Counted from the first letter of the stretch, positions 18,716 to 28,718 are shown. The stretch: DNA of 64,000 bases from Myxococcota bacterium (GCA_040386535.1 JAZKFH010000025.1:32001-96000), one strand, 5' to 3'. The notes: generated by a model from the sequence alone, not told the origin. A program made the numbers and translations.

Positions 18716-18886
18716 CTAGTCGCACGTGCCGACACAGTCGGCCTCAGAGCCGCATTCTTCCTCGCAGTCGAGGTCCTCGAGGCAATCTTCGAGGCAGCTC
18801 TCGTGGTCGTCATGGCAGACGCTGACACAGTCGTCTTCGGAACATCCGGTGAGCGCGAGCATGAAGAGGCCGATGAGAATGGACAT
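18716..18886 (-). CDS. Small acidic Cys-rich lipoprotein (4x CxxxC)
   Basis: GGAGGA SD; MSILIGLFMLALTGC-SEDDCVSVCHDDHESCLEDCLEDLDCEEECGSEADCVGTCD. Confidence 0.75.
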   Translation of the reverse strand: MSILIGLFMLALTGCSEDDCVSVCHDDHESCLEDCLEDLDCEEECGSEADCVGTCD

Positions 18887-19061
18887 TGTGCGTTCCTCCG
18901 CAACGCCGGTTGGGGCGTTGGTGAGGAGCACGTACTCCCACGGCCGAGCGAGGACCGGGTGCCACCGCACAACCGTGACACCCGATCATGAGAAGCAACG
19001 CGGGCCCGTGCTTCGTCACGGCGCGTCGCATCCCGCCACCTCGCATCCTCCCACTACGCGG

Positions 19062-22000
19062 TCAGTCGCACGCCCCCGCGCCCACCAGCCGCTCCCGCCC
19101 GGTCGCGCCGGCCACCACGTCGTCTACCGCGTACAACATCGGCAGCGTGTCGTTGGCGAGCCAGAGCTCGGTCTGGTCGGAGAAGTAGGGGCTGTCGATC
19201 ATCGACGACTGGCCGCCGGGGATGACGTTGCGCCCGCTCACGCCGTCCGGGCCGAGCGCGATGACCATGCGGAACACCGGGCCCGAGCCGTGGGTGAAGT
19301 CGGTCCCGAAGCCGGAGTTGGCGGCGTCGACGGCGAGGTTGTCGCCGGGGCGCGGGAACCACTCGATGCGCTCGGTGCCGGCCTCGCCCGCGAGCGGCAA
19401 CACGTCGGAGTTGATGGAGAACTGGTCGGTGAGGAAGCTGAACTCCTCGGCGTCGACGAAGTCGGCCAGCACGCTCTCGAAGCGGGTCCAGTGGCGCAGG
19501 CCCCACTTCCAGCCGCTCATGTCGGTGGTGCCGAAGCCGGAGCCGCGCAGGTCCGAGCCGGGGGCGGTGCGCAGGAAGGCCAATGCGTCGCCCAGGGCGA
19601 GCAGGGCCACCTCGTCGCTGGTCTCCACGACCTCGGTGTTCGCGTCGTCGAAGAACACGCTCTCCTGGGTCTCGCTGTTCCAGCTCGCGAGGTCGCCGGG
19701 GTTGCCCGCGCCGCGGCCGGCCAGGAACGCGGTCAACGCGCGCGTCTTGCCCGCGGTGCCGCCGCCGTTCCAGACGCCGGGAAGGGCCTCGTCGGCGAAC
19801 ACCCGGTCGTCCCACTGGCCGAGCCACGCATTGAACAACATGGTGGCGACGCTGTCGTCGATCTGCTCGGCGGTGGGCGTGTGGTAGAAGGTCTGCACCC
19901 CGCTCTCGGCCTCCGCGCCGCGCGCAAGCCACGCGGAGACGCGCGACTCCACCTCGTCGAACGCGGCCGCGTCCGCCGCGTACAAGGCGGCGATGCGCCC
20001 CTCCGCGCCGTCGACCTCTCCGGAGGCGGCAGCTGTCCGGCCCGCGACGATCGCATCGGCGAGGTGCCCGCCGAATTGGAAGCCCAGCGCGCTCTTGTGG
20101 TCCGCCTGGATGGACGCCATGGCCGCCTCGTCCACGGTGCCCGCCACGATCTGCTCGTCGATGCGCTCGGCGATGCGGAACGCGCGCCAGCCTTCCACCC
20201 AGGGGCCGCCGATGTACCAGGGCTCGTCCCACAGGTCGTTGTCGAGCGTGATGGAGCCGGGGTCGTTGTTGCCGTTGACGATGTAGCCCTCGACCGGATC
20301 CAACGCAGCCGGGTAGTCGGCGAACGGCACGACACAGCGGCTCGGGTCCGCGGCCTGGGACTCGTCCACCATGCCGTCTGCCAGCACGGGGATCTCGAAC
20401 CCGCCGTAGGTGGTGCCGTCGAGCAGGAACTGGGGATTGGCGCCGTCGATCCAGCGCCCGTCGGCCTCGCGCGGCAGGTACCCGCGGCACGGCACCGCCT
20501 GGTAGCCGGTGTACAACACGCTCCCCGAGCTGTCGGCCACGCCGATGTTCTGGCTGTAGGCCACGAGGTAGCGCGTCGCCTCGCGCACCTCTTCCACGTT
20601 CTCCGAGTGGCCGAAGCGGTCGACCGCGTTGAGCAGGTTGCCGTCCGAAAAAGCGGTGTAGTCGAACGACACCGCGCTCACGATCCCGTCACCGTCGGTG
20701 TCCCCGGGGATCACCGCCCCGCCGGGGAACACGACCGCGCCCTCGGTGTCCATCGCGACCGCGTTGCCCTCGACCTCCGCGATCCAGCGCCCGTCGAACG
20801 TGGTGTAACGGGCCCACGAATACGTGCGGCCCACGCTGCCGAGCAGCGGCACGTCCGCGATGGTGTGCCCTTCCGTCACGACGGAGACCGGCTGCCAGGC
20901 GCCCTGGAAATACGTGGCGGACGGTTTTCCGTCGCTGCCGAGCTGCACCTGCTCGGTGTACCAGTCGGTGATGTCACCCATCAGCTGGGTCTGGTCCCAC
21001 GCCACGTCGCCGTTGGTGCCGACCGCGAGGATGGGCAGGCCCGGGATGCCGAGGCCGAGCTGGTGGGTGTCACCGCCGCCGAGCTCGCGCGTGTCGAGCC
21101 CCACCTGCCAGAACAGGCTCGGCACGGAGAGGGGAAGGTGACCGTCCCCCGCGAGGATGGCCGTGCCGTTGCCGGTGACGCTCGCGCCCACGGCCCAGAC
21201 GTTGCTGCCCCAGCCCGCCTCGTTGTCACCCCGCCCGAGGCGCCGCTCGAAGCGCTCGAGCCGCGCCGCGAGGGCCCCGAGGCGCGCGCCGCCGGTGGGC
21301 CCGGTGGGCATCCGCGCCGCGGACGACGACGAGGAGCCGGTGGCCCCGGCGCCGTTGAGGCCCCAGCCCGGCGCCGAGGCGGCCGGCCAGACGGGCGTGA
21401 TCTGCGACCAGATGTCCTGCTCCACACCGGCCTGCCGCAGGGCGCCGAGCGGCGTGCCCGTGTCGAACAGGCCGCCGGACACGAGCGCGTCCGTGTAGGC
21501 GCGGCCCACGTCGTCCGTCTCGTAGCCGAGCTCGTACACGAGCACGGCCGCCACACCCGCGAGGTCACGCCGCTGCCAATCCACGAGCAGCTCGGTCGGA
21601 TCGGTCACCCCGAGGAACGGGCCCGCGATCTCGAGCTCGCTCGGCAGGGGGAGCGTGCCGGCGCGCACCTGCGCGAGGTAGGCGTTCACGCCCTCGGCGA
21701 ACCCGTCGAAGATCCGCGCCTGCTCGTCGGGCAGGTGCGCGAGCATGTTGTCGGCCACCCACGTCATGCCCGTGGAACGGCTGTCCATGTCGGTCTCGAG
21801 CGCCGCGTCGCCGAGGATCTCGGAGAGGGTGCCGAGCCCGAGCCGCCGCGCCAGCTCCATCTCGAAGTAGCGGTCCCGCGCCTGGGTGAACCCGTAGGCG
21901 CGCGCGAGGTCGACGCGGTCCTTCGCGTAGATGTGTGGCACGTTGCCGGCGGTGCGCACCACCTGGGCGTCACACGTCAGGCCGGGGATGGTGAAGGAGG

Positions 22001-22106
22001 CGGTCTCCGCGACGTCGAGCAGCGCCGACGGGGTGGCGGGGACGGGCTTCGGCTCGTCCTCCTTGCAGCCGGACAAGGCGAGGAGCAGCACGAGGGAAGG
22101 GGACAC
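19062..22106 (-). CDS. Penicillin acylase family (Ntn hydrolase) lipoprotein
   Basis: VPHIYA, GF.QA.DR.F.M, GSNVWAV (catalytic Ser), GDGHL, NGNN, PGGQS; GGAGGT SD. Confidence 0.92.
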   Translation of the reverse strand: MSPSLVLLLALSGCKEDEPKPVPATPSALLDVAETASFTIPGLTCDAQVVRTAGNVPHIYAKDRVDLARAYGFTQARDRYFEMELARRLGLGTLSEILGDAALETDMDSRSTGMTWVADNMLAHLPDEQARIFDGFAEGVNAYLAQVRAGTLPLPSELEIAGPFLGVTDPTELLVDWQRRDLAGVAAVLVYELGYETDDVGRAYTDALVSGGLFDTGTPLGALRQAGVEQDIWSQITPVWPAASAPGWGLNGAGATGSSSSSAARMPTGPTGGARLGALAARLERFERRLGRGDNEAGWGSNVWAVGASVTGNGTAILAGDGHLPLSVPSLFWQVGLDTRELGGGDTHQLGLGIPGLPILAVGTNGDVAWDQTQLMGDITDWYTEQVQLGSDGKPSATYFQGAWQPVSVVTEGHTIADVPLLGSVGRTYSWARYTTFDGRWIAEVEGNAVAMDTEGAVVFPGGAVIPGDTDGDGIVSAVSFDYTAFSDGNLLNAVDRFGHSENVEEVREATRYLVAYSQNIGVADSSGSVLYTGYQAVPCRGYLPREADGRWIDGANPQFLLDGTTYGGFEIPVLADGMVDESQAADPSRCVVPFADYPAALDPVEGYIVNGNNDPGSITLDNDLWDEPWYIGGPWVEGWRAFRIAERIDEQIVAGTVDEAAMASIQADHKSALGFQFGGHLADAIVAGRTAAASGEVDGAEGRIAALYAADAAAFDEVESRVSAWLARGAEAESGVQTFYHTPTAEQIDDSVATMLFNAWLGQWDDRVFADEALPGVWNGGGTAGKTRALTAFLAGRGAGNPGDLASWNSETQESVFFDDANTEVVETSDEVALLALGDALAFLRTAPGSDLRGSGFGTTDMSGWKWGLRHWTRFESVLADFVDAEEFSFLTDQFSINSDVLPLAGEAGTERIEWFPRPGDNLAVDAANSGFGTDFTHGSGPVFRMVIALGPDGVSGRNVIPGGQSSMIDSPYFSDQTELWLANDTLPMLYAVDDVVAGATGRERLVGAGACD

Positions 22107-22163
22107 GAGACCTCCGAGCGGGCGCAGGGTACCACCGCGGCGCCACGGCGGGGTCCGTGCTCG

Positions 22164-22586
22164 CTACCGGGAGGGCTTCTTGGGCGGATCGCGACGGTAG
22201 TACAGCGCCCGGATCGTGCGCGGCTGCTCTCCCGCGAGGGCCAACGCGAGCGAACGCCCGGTGAGCGTGCCTGTCACCCGCCAGAGGCTGGTCGGCACCT
22301 CCATGTGGTCCTCGTGCCACCACCCCGCGACGGCGCCCGCGCGGTCGATCTCGAGGAGGAAGGAGTAGGTGACCAGCGTGTCGCCCGGCTCGTCGTGCTC
22401 GTGCAGGCGGTGCCCGACGAGGAGCCAGGTGGTGGTGCCCTTCTCGGGCACGAGCGCGGGCGTGAACGCGGTGGTGATGGCGTCCTGCTGCTTCGCCGCG
22501 ACCGGGTCGACCGCGCGGTCCTCCCAGGACCGGGTCGACACGAGCACGACGGGCTCCCCGCCGAGGTCGGCCTGGAGGACGATCAC
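22164..22586 (-). CDS. Hypothetical protein coupled to the DUF4157 gene (candidate immunity/partner)
   Basis: GTGA start/stop overlap at 22583-22586; 140 aa MIVLQADLGGEPVVLV... Confidence 0.65.
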   Translation of the reverse strand: MIVLQADLGGEPVVLVSTRSWEDRAVDPVAAKQQDAITTAFTPALVPEKGTTTWLLVGHRLHEHDEPGDTLVTYSFLLEIDRAGAVAGWWHEDHMEVPTSLWRVTGTLTGRSLALALAGEQPRTIRALYYRRDPPKKPSR

Positions 22587-24007
22587 CGCTTGGCCTTGGG
22601 CTCGAGGAAGCGGACCACCTTGCCCTCGGTCTTCACGTTGGTGCCCTTCTTCATCGTGTAGACCTGCTCGCTCTCCGCGGCGCGCTCCTGCTCGGCGCCG
22701 ACGATGTCGAACTTCCAGGTGTCGGTCTCCTCGTCCACGTTCTCGACGGTGACGAAGCTGGAGAGGACGGCGATGTGGGACTCGTCCGAGCCGCTCCCGC
22801 CGTCCCGCTGCCACAAGTGGCCGGGGCGGGCGCTCGCGACGGGCACCTCCTTGTAGGCGCCCGAGGTCTCCGCGCTTCCGGCCGTGGCGTAGTGTTTGTT
22901 CTCGGTGATCGCGGGCTTCCAGCCGGCCTGGAACACCACGTCGTTCGCGAACACCGAACACTTCCAGAAGCTCGTGCCCCAGTTGACCTTGTACTCGGTC
23001 TTCCCGCCAATCTTGGTGGCGTTCTTCGGGCCCGCGCCGGCGAGCGCGAGGTTGGGCGTGCAGAACTTTCCGTCCAGCCCGGCGACGCCGTAGCTCTCGC
23101 CCACGTCTCCGCTGGCCCGGGAGCGCGCGGCCTTCATGATCTCGTCGTTCGAGCCCTTCGCCACGCTCACGTAGAGGTTCGTGCCCGACTCCATGCTGCC
23201 GGCCTTCTCGACACATTGGCCGTAGAGGATCTCGGCGCTCGACGGCACGTAGAGTTGGACCCCCGCGGCCAACGTCGGGGTGACACGCTGGGGCGATTCG
23301 CCGCCCGCCTCGGCCACGGTCTGGACGTGCGTGTTGAACGCGGCGAGGTGCCCCACCTTCATGCCGTGCGCGTCGGCGACCTTCTCCCATGCCGAGCCCT
23401 CGCCGTCGGCCATGTCGGCGGCGGTGACGGTGTAGGTCGCGCCGGCGGCGAGCTTGACCGCCTTCACGTCGGTCGAGCGGCCGGGGAGGTCCGCGTCACG
23501 ATGGACGCCGTGCCCGTCGCTCTCGGACTCCACCTCGACCTGCTCCCCGCGGGCGGCGGCCGTGGCGGCGCTGGCGGCCTCGCGCTCGGAGGTGTCGCCC
23601 GGGCGGCTCACGCCTTGCCCGCGGTGCCCCTGGAGGACGTGGGCCACCTCTTCCGCGACCTGCTCGCGATCGGGGTTGGCGGTGGAGAAGAACACCTCGC
23701 TGCCGGAGGCGGCGGCCGCGCCCTCGATGCCGTCGAGATCGACGCCGAGCCACGCCACGACCTCGGAGAGATCGGCCCCGAAGGAGGCCTCGAGCTCCGA
23801 GCGGAAGGGGAGCGTGGACGGCGCGCCACGGCGGGCCTCGGTGAGCACGGCGCCCTCGAGGCCGGTGGACTGCGGGGGGGCGCGGCGCACGTCCCGGAGG
23901 CCGGCGTTGCCGAGCTGGTCCTGGCGGGACGGGGCGCCACGGCCGGCGGCGGGGCCCGCGCTGGGAGCGGGGGAGCGTGCGGGACGGGCGCGGGAGTGGT
24001 CGGGCAT
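22583..24007 (-). CDS. eCIS-core (DUF4157) protein with LysM-like and CHAP/NlpC-like C-terminus
   Basis: QDQLGNA, LPFRSELEASFGADLS.V, AEEVAHVLQ, EREA; YTV...W.KVA..HGM....L..FN...L.VP; KCSVFANDV ... SHIAV. Confidence 0.75.
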   Translation of the reverse strand: MPDHSRARPARSPAPSAGPAAGRGAPSRQDQLGNAGLRDVRRAPPQSTGLEGAVLTEARRGAPSTLPFRSELEASFGADLSEVVAWLGVDLDGIEGAAAASGSEVFFSTANPDREQVAEEVAHVLQGHRGQGVSRPGDTSEREAASAATAAARGEQVEVESESDGHGVHRDADLPGRSTDVKAVKLAAGATYTVTAADMADGEGSAWEKVADAHGMKVGHLAAFNTHVQTVAEAGGESPQRVTPTLAAGVQLYVPSSAEILYGQCVEKAGSMESGTNLYVSVAKGSNDEIMKAARSRASGDVGESYGVAGLDGKFCTPNLALAGAGPKNATKIGGKTEYKVNWGTSFWKCSVFANDVVFQAGWKPAITENKHYATAGSAETSGAYKEVPVASARPGHLWQRDGGSGSDESHIAVLSSFVTVENVDEETDTWKFDIVGAEQERAAESEQVYTMKKGTNVKTEGKVVRFLEPKAKR

Positions 24008-24132
24008 GAAAAGGCTCCGCTCGCGGCGCGGATAGCACGAATTCCAAGTCGTTGCCTGCGCCTCGCGCCCCAGCGTGCCGACAGGGCGACGCCGCGAGGG
24101 CCGCCGACATAGAGGACGCGCGGAGGTCAGCC

Positions 24133-26283
24133 GTGGCCGAGATCGTGACGGGTGAGGTGTTGGGTGGGCGCTTGCGCGTGCTCGGGGCGCTGGGGCGCGG
24201 TGGCATGGCCACGGTGCACCTCGTGGAGGAGATCGCGACCGGAGAGCGGCTCGCGCTCAAGGTGCTGCACCCCCACCTCTCCGCGGATCCCTCGGCGCGC
24301 CGCCGGTTGGAGCGGGAGGTCGCGGCGGGGCGGCGGCTGCACCACACCGGCCTGCTCACGGCGCGGGAGCTGTTCGAGGCGGACGGTGTGGTCGGGCTCC
24401 TGCTCCCGTTGCACCCCGGCCGCACGCTGGCCGAGCGTGTGGCGATGGAGGGCCCACTCCCGCCGGACCAGGTCGTGCGGCTGGGGCTCCGCCTCGCCGA
24501 AGCGCTGGGGGCCGCGCACCGCGCCGGGGTCCTGCACCGCGACGTGACGGCGCGGAACGTGATGGTCGACGACCGCGGCACGCCCATGCTGACGGACCTG
24601 GGCCTCGCGCGGATCGGCGAGGGCGGCACGGCGCGGAGCACCGCGCTCATCGGCACCGCCGGGTTCCTCGCGCCCGAGGTGCTCGCGGGTGTGCGCGCCG
24701 ATCCCCGCTCGGACCTCTACGGGCTGGGCGCGGTGCTCTACCTCGCGGCTACCGGCACGGAGCCATTTGCCGCCGCGCACCCGCACGCCGCGCTCCAGAA
24801 GCAGATGGCGGGCGAGGTGGCACCCATCGCCACGTGGGTCCCGGGCTTCCCGCCGTGGCTGGAGACGCTGATCCGGGGGCTGCTCGACCCCGAGCCGGAC
24901 CGCCGTCCCCAAGGTGCCGCCGCGGTCGTGGCGGCGCTGGAGGAGGGGCGCGCGCCCGAAGCCGCGGGCGCTCGGGAAGCTCGAACGGCGAGGCCGACCC
25001 CGGGCGTGCCTAGTGCGCAACCGAACCCCTCGGCGCGCATCGTGAGCGCACGCCTCCCGGAGGGGACGTACACCGTGGTGGTGATGGAGGCGCGCGACGG
25101 CCGCGATGCACGCAAGGCCAGGCGGGCGCTGCGCAAAGGCGCCGAGCGGGCGCGGGCCGCAGCGGCGCGTCACGGCGGCGTCGTGGCCGATGTGTCACGG
25201 CTCGTGGGGCAGGCCGCGGCGGCGTTCGACGGCACGAACGGCACGGAGCCTTCGACCGAGGCGCGTCTCGCGGCGGCGGTCGGCGCGGCCGCCGGCCTCC
25301 CAGAGGGCGGGCTGCGCGAGGTGACGGCGCTGAACGCCCGCATGTTCCGGCTCGTGGCGCACGTCGATCGGCCCACGGCCGAGCGGCTCGCCAACGAGGC
25401 GCGCGCGCTCGAGCTGTTCGCGACCGTCCACCCGGAGCGTGAGCCCACCGACTTCAGCGGCTGGCTGCTGTCGCGCTGGTGGGCGCTCATCCCGCTGATG
25501 TGGATCGCGTTTCCGCCGCTGGTCGTGCTCACGGAGTGGCCGCTGCTCGTGTTCCTCTTCGCCGGGCTCACGGTGGCGCTCGCGACGCTCGTGGGGCCGT
25601 GGGTGGGGCGACACATGTTGCCGAAGTCCGCGCGTGATCTGCCCGTGGCCTACACCGACGACCTCGCGCCGCACCTGGCGGGCGGGCTGCGCGCGGGCCC
25701 GGCAGCCACCCCCGAAGTGACGACAGCGCCCGCCTCCTCGACCGCGGCGAGCCGCGTCGCGACCCTCTCCGCGCAAGCCCTCGCCGCCCTCGAAGGGCTC
25801 GACGCCGCCGTCTCGGCCGGCAAGGACCTGCCTCCGCTGGTGATGGGCGACCTGCGCGCCTCGGTCTCCGACCTGCGCCGGGAGGTGCACGGCATCGCCG
25901 CGGACGCCGCCGGCATGGAGGCCGAGCTCGCGAGCGCCGTGCGCGATGCCCAGGCCGACACCGGGGGCGCGTGGGCCAGCGAGCGGCTCGCGCGGCTCGA
26001 CACCCTGGCGCGCGGCGGCGCCGCCGGCGATCCGGTGGAGCGCGCGCGCCTCCTCGCGGCGATCGCGGCGCACGAGGCGGCGGCTGTCGCCGAGAGCGCG
26101 CTGGACGCGCGGCTCACCGCGGACCTGGCGCGCTTGCTGGAGATCGACGCGACAGCGCGGCGCCTGCGTCGCGAGCTCGCGCTGGAGCGCGGCGCCTCGC
26201 GGGGGCCGGAGCAGGCCCTGGTCGACCTGCAGACGCGCGCGCGGGCAGCGGCGGAGGCGCGGCGGGAGCTGGTGGGGCGCTGA
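24133..26283 (+). CDS. Membrane Ser/Thr protein kinase
   Basis: LGRGGMA.V, ALK, HRDVTARN, DLG, GT.GFLAPE, DLY.LG; two TM helices and C-terminal coiled coil; GGAGG SD. Confidence 0.92.
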   Translation: MAEIVTGEVLGGRLRVLGALGRGGMATVHLVEEIATGERLALKVLHPHLSADPSARRRLEREVAAGRRLHHTGLLTARELFEADGVVGLLLPLHPGRTLAERVAMEGPLPPDQVVRLGLRLAEALGAAHRAGVLHRDVTARNVMVDDRGTPMLTDLGLARIGEGGTARSTALIGTAGFLAPEVLAGVRADPRSDLYGLGAVLYLAATGTEPFAAAHPHAALQKQMAGEVAPIATWVPGFPPWLETLIRGLLDPEPDRRPQGAAAVVAALEEGRAPEAAGAREARTARPTPGVPSAQPNPSARIVSARLPEGTYTVVVMEARDGRDARKARRALRKGAERARAAAARHGGVVADVSRLVGQAAAAFDGTNGTEPSTEARLAAAVGAAAGLPEGGLREVTALNARMFRLVAHVDRPTAERLANEARALELFATVHPEREPTDFSGWLLSRWWALIPLMWIAFPPLVVLTEWPLLVFLFAGLTVALATLVGPWVGRHMLPKSARDLPVAYTDDLAPHLAGGLRAGPAATPEVTTAPASSTAASRVATLSAQALAALEGLDAAVSAGKDLPPLVMGDLRASVSDLRREVHGIAADAAGMEAELASAVRDAQADTGGAWASERLARLDTLARGGAAGDPVERARLLAAIAAHEAAAVAESALDARLTADLARLLEIDATARRLRRELALERGASRGPEQALVDLQTRARAAAEARRELVGR

Positions 26284-26359
26284 TACACCAGGGGCGGGCT
26301 TGATACATTCGATACATGTGTCGAGCCATTTGATACATGTATCGAACCGTCTGATACAT
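26282..26359. repeat. GATACA repeats with 21-bp phasing and palindrome
   Basis: GATACA at 26282, 26302, 26311, 26332, 26353; perfect palindrome GATACATGTATC at 26332-26343. Confidence 0.7.
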
Positions 26360-26442
26360 ACGGGCCGCGCCCCGCCCGCACCGTCGCCGCGGTGGCCGCG
26401 TCCTCGCGGACCAGCCGCCCGGATCGGTGGCTTCCTTCCCCC

Positions 26443-27267
26443 TCAACCCTCGTGGACGAACGCCTCGATCGCCCCGAACTCGAACACGATCGAGAGCGCG
26501 TCGCATGTGCCCTCGTCGTTCGGCTCGAGGTCCGCCGCGGCGCCTACCAGCCCGCGCACGAGGGGGGCGATGTCGGCGAGGTCGCCCTCGTCGACGATGA
26601 CGAGGATGTCGGACGTCGGCACCGCGCCGCCGAAGTAGCCCCAGCCGATGCGCCCGTCCTCGGCGAGGTCGAGGCGGAGCCACGTGTCCCGAAGGCCGAA
26701 GGTGACCTCCACGTCGAGCACCTGCAGCTCAAGCGGGAGCTTGAACGGGCCGGCGCGGACGCTGCCGTTCACCAGGGGCACACACGTGAGCTCGGCCGGC
26801 TGGGTGCCCGGCGCCACCGCGAAGGTCTGCCCGTCGAGCAGGGTGCCGTCCGTGCCGATGAGCGGCGTGCCGGTGCCGCGGACCACGCGCACGTCGACAC
26901 ACTCGTCGTTCAGTGGGTCGTCCACGTTGGAGAGTTCGACCAGCAGGAGCAGCTCGCCGTTCTCGATGCTGTCCTGCACCAGGCTCTCGACCGCGCCGGC
27001 CTCGCTCGCCTCGAGGGCGGGGACGATGCCGGAGAAGGCGCTGTCGATGCCGGGGAGGCCGTCCCCGTCGACCAGATCGGCGTGGCCGCAGCCCTCGTCG
27101 TCTCCGGCCTCGCTGACGTGGTGGTCCACGTCGAAGCCCCAGGCCACGCCCGCGTCGTCACGGCGGCCGAAGCCGAGCGAGGACATGACGATCGCCCGGG
27201 TCTCGGGATCGGCGACCACCGCATCGTCGGGAGCGGGCTGGCACGCGAAGAGGGTGAGGAGCAACAT
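26443..27267 (-). CDS. Hypothetical lipoprotein
   Basis: TGATG coupling with upstream gene; MLLLTLFAC; GFDVD...GCG..D...G..GID. Confidence 0.8.
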   Translation of the reverse strand: MLLLTLFACQPAPDDAVVADPETRAIVMSSLGFGRRDDAGVAWGFDVDHHVSEAGDDEGCGHADLVDGDGLPGIDSAFSGIVPALEASEAGAVESLVQDSIENGELLLLVELSNVDDPLNDECVDVRVVRGTGTPLIGTDGTLLDGQTFAVAPGTQPAELTCVPLVNGSVRAGPFKLPLELQVLDVEVTFGLRDTWLRLDLAEDGRIGWGYFGGAVPTSDILVIVDEGDLADIAPLVRGLVGAAADLEPNDEGTCDALSIVFEFGAIEAFVHEG

Positions 27268-28718
27268 CAGAAGAGCTCCAGCTCGCTGACGCCGTCGTCG
27301 ACTTCCGCGTCGCCGGCGCCCCAGGTGGCCACGTTCACGTCCATCGCGCGGAGCACCGACACCATCACCTTGCCGACGTTCTCCTGGGTGTAGCTGCGCA
27401 CGTGCCGCCCGGTCACGATGCGACCGCACCCGCCGCCCGCGAGGAGCACCGGCATCTCGTCGAGGCTGTGGGTCCGCCCCTCGCTGGTCTCGCTGCACGC
27501 GAGCACGAGCGTGTTGTCGAGCACCGTGCCGTCGCCCTCGGGGACCCCGTCGAGCGCGCCGAGAAAATCGGCGAGGCAGCTCATCAGGTACGTCGTGATG
27601 CCCTCGACCTCGGGCTGCTCGCCGGCCTCGTTGTGCGTGAGGTTGTGGTGCCCGTCCGACGCGTCGGGGAAGAGCGCGTTGTTGAGCGGGCGGGTGATCT
27701 GGAGGGTCACCACGCGGGTCTGGTCGCACGCGAAGGACATCGCGACGAGCTGGGACATCGCGGCGTGGATCGCCTGGATCTGCGGGCGGCCGTCGACCTC
27801 CGGGTAGCTCTCGCCGGGTGCTTCGGCGCGGACACAGCTGGCGAGATCGGGAGGGTCTTCCTGGAGCCTGCTCAAGCGCTCCTCGAGCGATGCGATGCCT
27901 TCGAGGTGTTGGTCCAGCCGGATGCGATCGGCGGCTCCCAACTCGGTTTGGAGGGAGCGCACATCCTCCATCACGGCGTCGAGCACGCGGCGTCGGTAGC
28001 CGAGGGCGGGATCGGGCTCGCTCTTGCCACCCGGCTCACGGAAGCTGTCCCCGAAGAGGCGTTGGTAGAGGGTCCACGGGTCGGTCTCGCCGTAGTTGGG
28101 CGCGTTGGGCCCGGCGTAGGAGAGCACCTCGTCCGTCTGCACGCCGATCTGCATGGAGGCGTACGCCGTTTCCCCGCCGATCGCGTCCGCCACGACCTGA
28201 TCGAGGGTGGGCGCGGCCATCGTCCAGTCGTCGTCATCGCCTTCGATCTGCTGCCCCGTGAGCAGCCCGGCGGCGCCCGACCAGTGGGGGCTGATGTTGT
28301 CGACCTTCGCCGAGTAGCCGCTGCACACCGTGAGGCGGTCCTGGAAGGCGGCCAAGGGGGCCAGCTCCTCGGAGAGGGTCCACGTCTCGCCAACGCCGGT
28401 GGGCGTCCACTTGTCGGGGCGGTTGCCGTTGCCCCAGAACCAGAGCACGAGCCGCTTGGGGAGGCCGTTGTCGCAGGTGTCGGCCCGCGCGCGCCGCCCG
28501 GCGAAGATCTCCAGCCAGGGGAGCGCCAGGGTGACGGCGCTGCCGCGCACGAGCCCGCGGAGAAACCCTCGGCGCGTGGGGGTGGGACCCTTTTGGGCGA
28601 GGCTACGGGGGCGCGCGGGGACGAGGCCGCGGGGGCGCAACAGGCCGGTGCGGGGATCGCGGATCCAGCGGGGTTCGGCGGTGCTTGGGAGACCGTTTGG
28701 GACACGGGGGGCCTTCAT
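27267..28718 (-). CDS. DUF1552 family protein (Tat signal)
   Basis: TRRGFLRG, ALPWLE, KRLV..F.GNG, D..RLDQHL, AF.CDQTRV, HHNLTH, LDNT. Confidence 0.9.
   Translation of the reverse strand: MKAPRVPNGLPSTAEPRWIRDPRTGLLRPRGLVPARPRSLAQKGPTPTRRGFLRGLVRGSAVTLALPWLEIFAGRRARADTCDNGLPKRLVLWFWGNGNRPDKWTPTGVGETWTLSEELAPLAAFQDRLTVCSGYSAKVDNISPHWSGAAGLLTGQQIEGDDDDWTMAAPTLDQVVADAIGGETAYASMQIGVQTDEVLSYAGPNAPNYGETDPWTLYQRLFGDSFREPGGKSEPDPALGYRRRVLDAVMEDVRSLQTELGAADRIRLDQHLEGIASLEERLSRLQEDPPDLASCVRAEAPGESYPEVDGRPQIQAIHAAMSQLVAMSFACDQTRVVTLQITRPLNNALFPDASDGHHNLTHNEAGEQPEVEGITTYLMSCLADFLGALDGVPEGDGTVLDNTLVLACSETSEGRTHSLDEMPVLLAGGGCGRIVTGRHVRSYTQENVGKVMVSVLRAMDVNVATWGAGDAEVDDGVSELELF

Noticed and set aside
18945..18965. 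TGGCAC upstream of the Cys-rich peptide gene as a sigma54 promoter
   Set aside because: No GC at the required GG-N10-GC spacing
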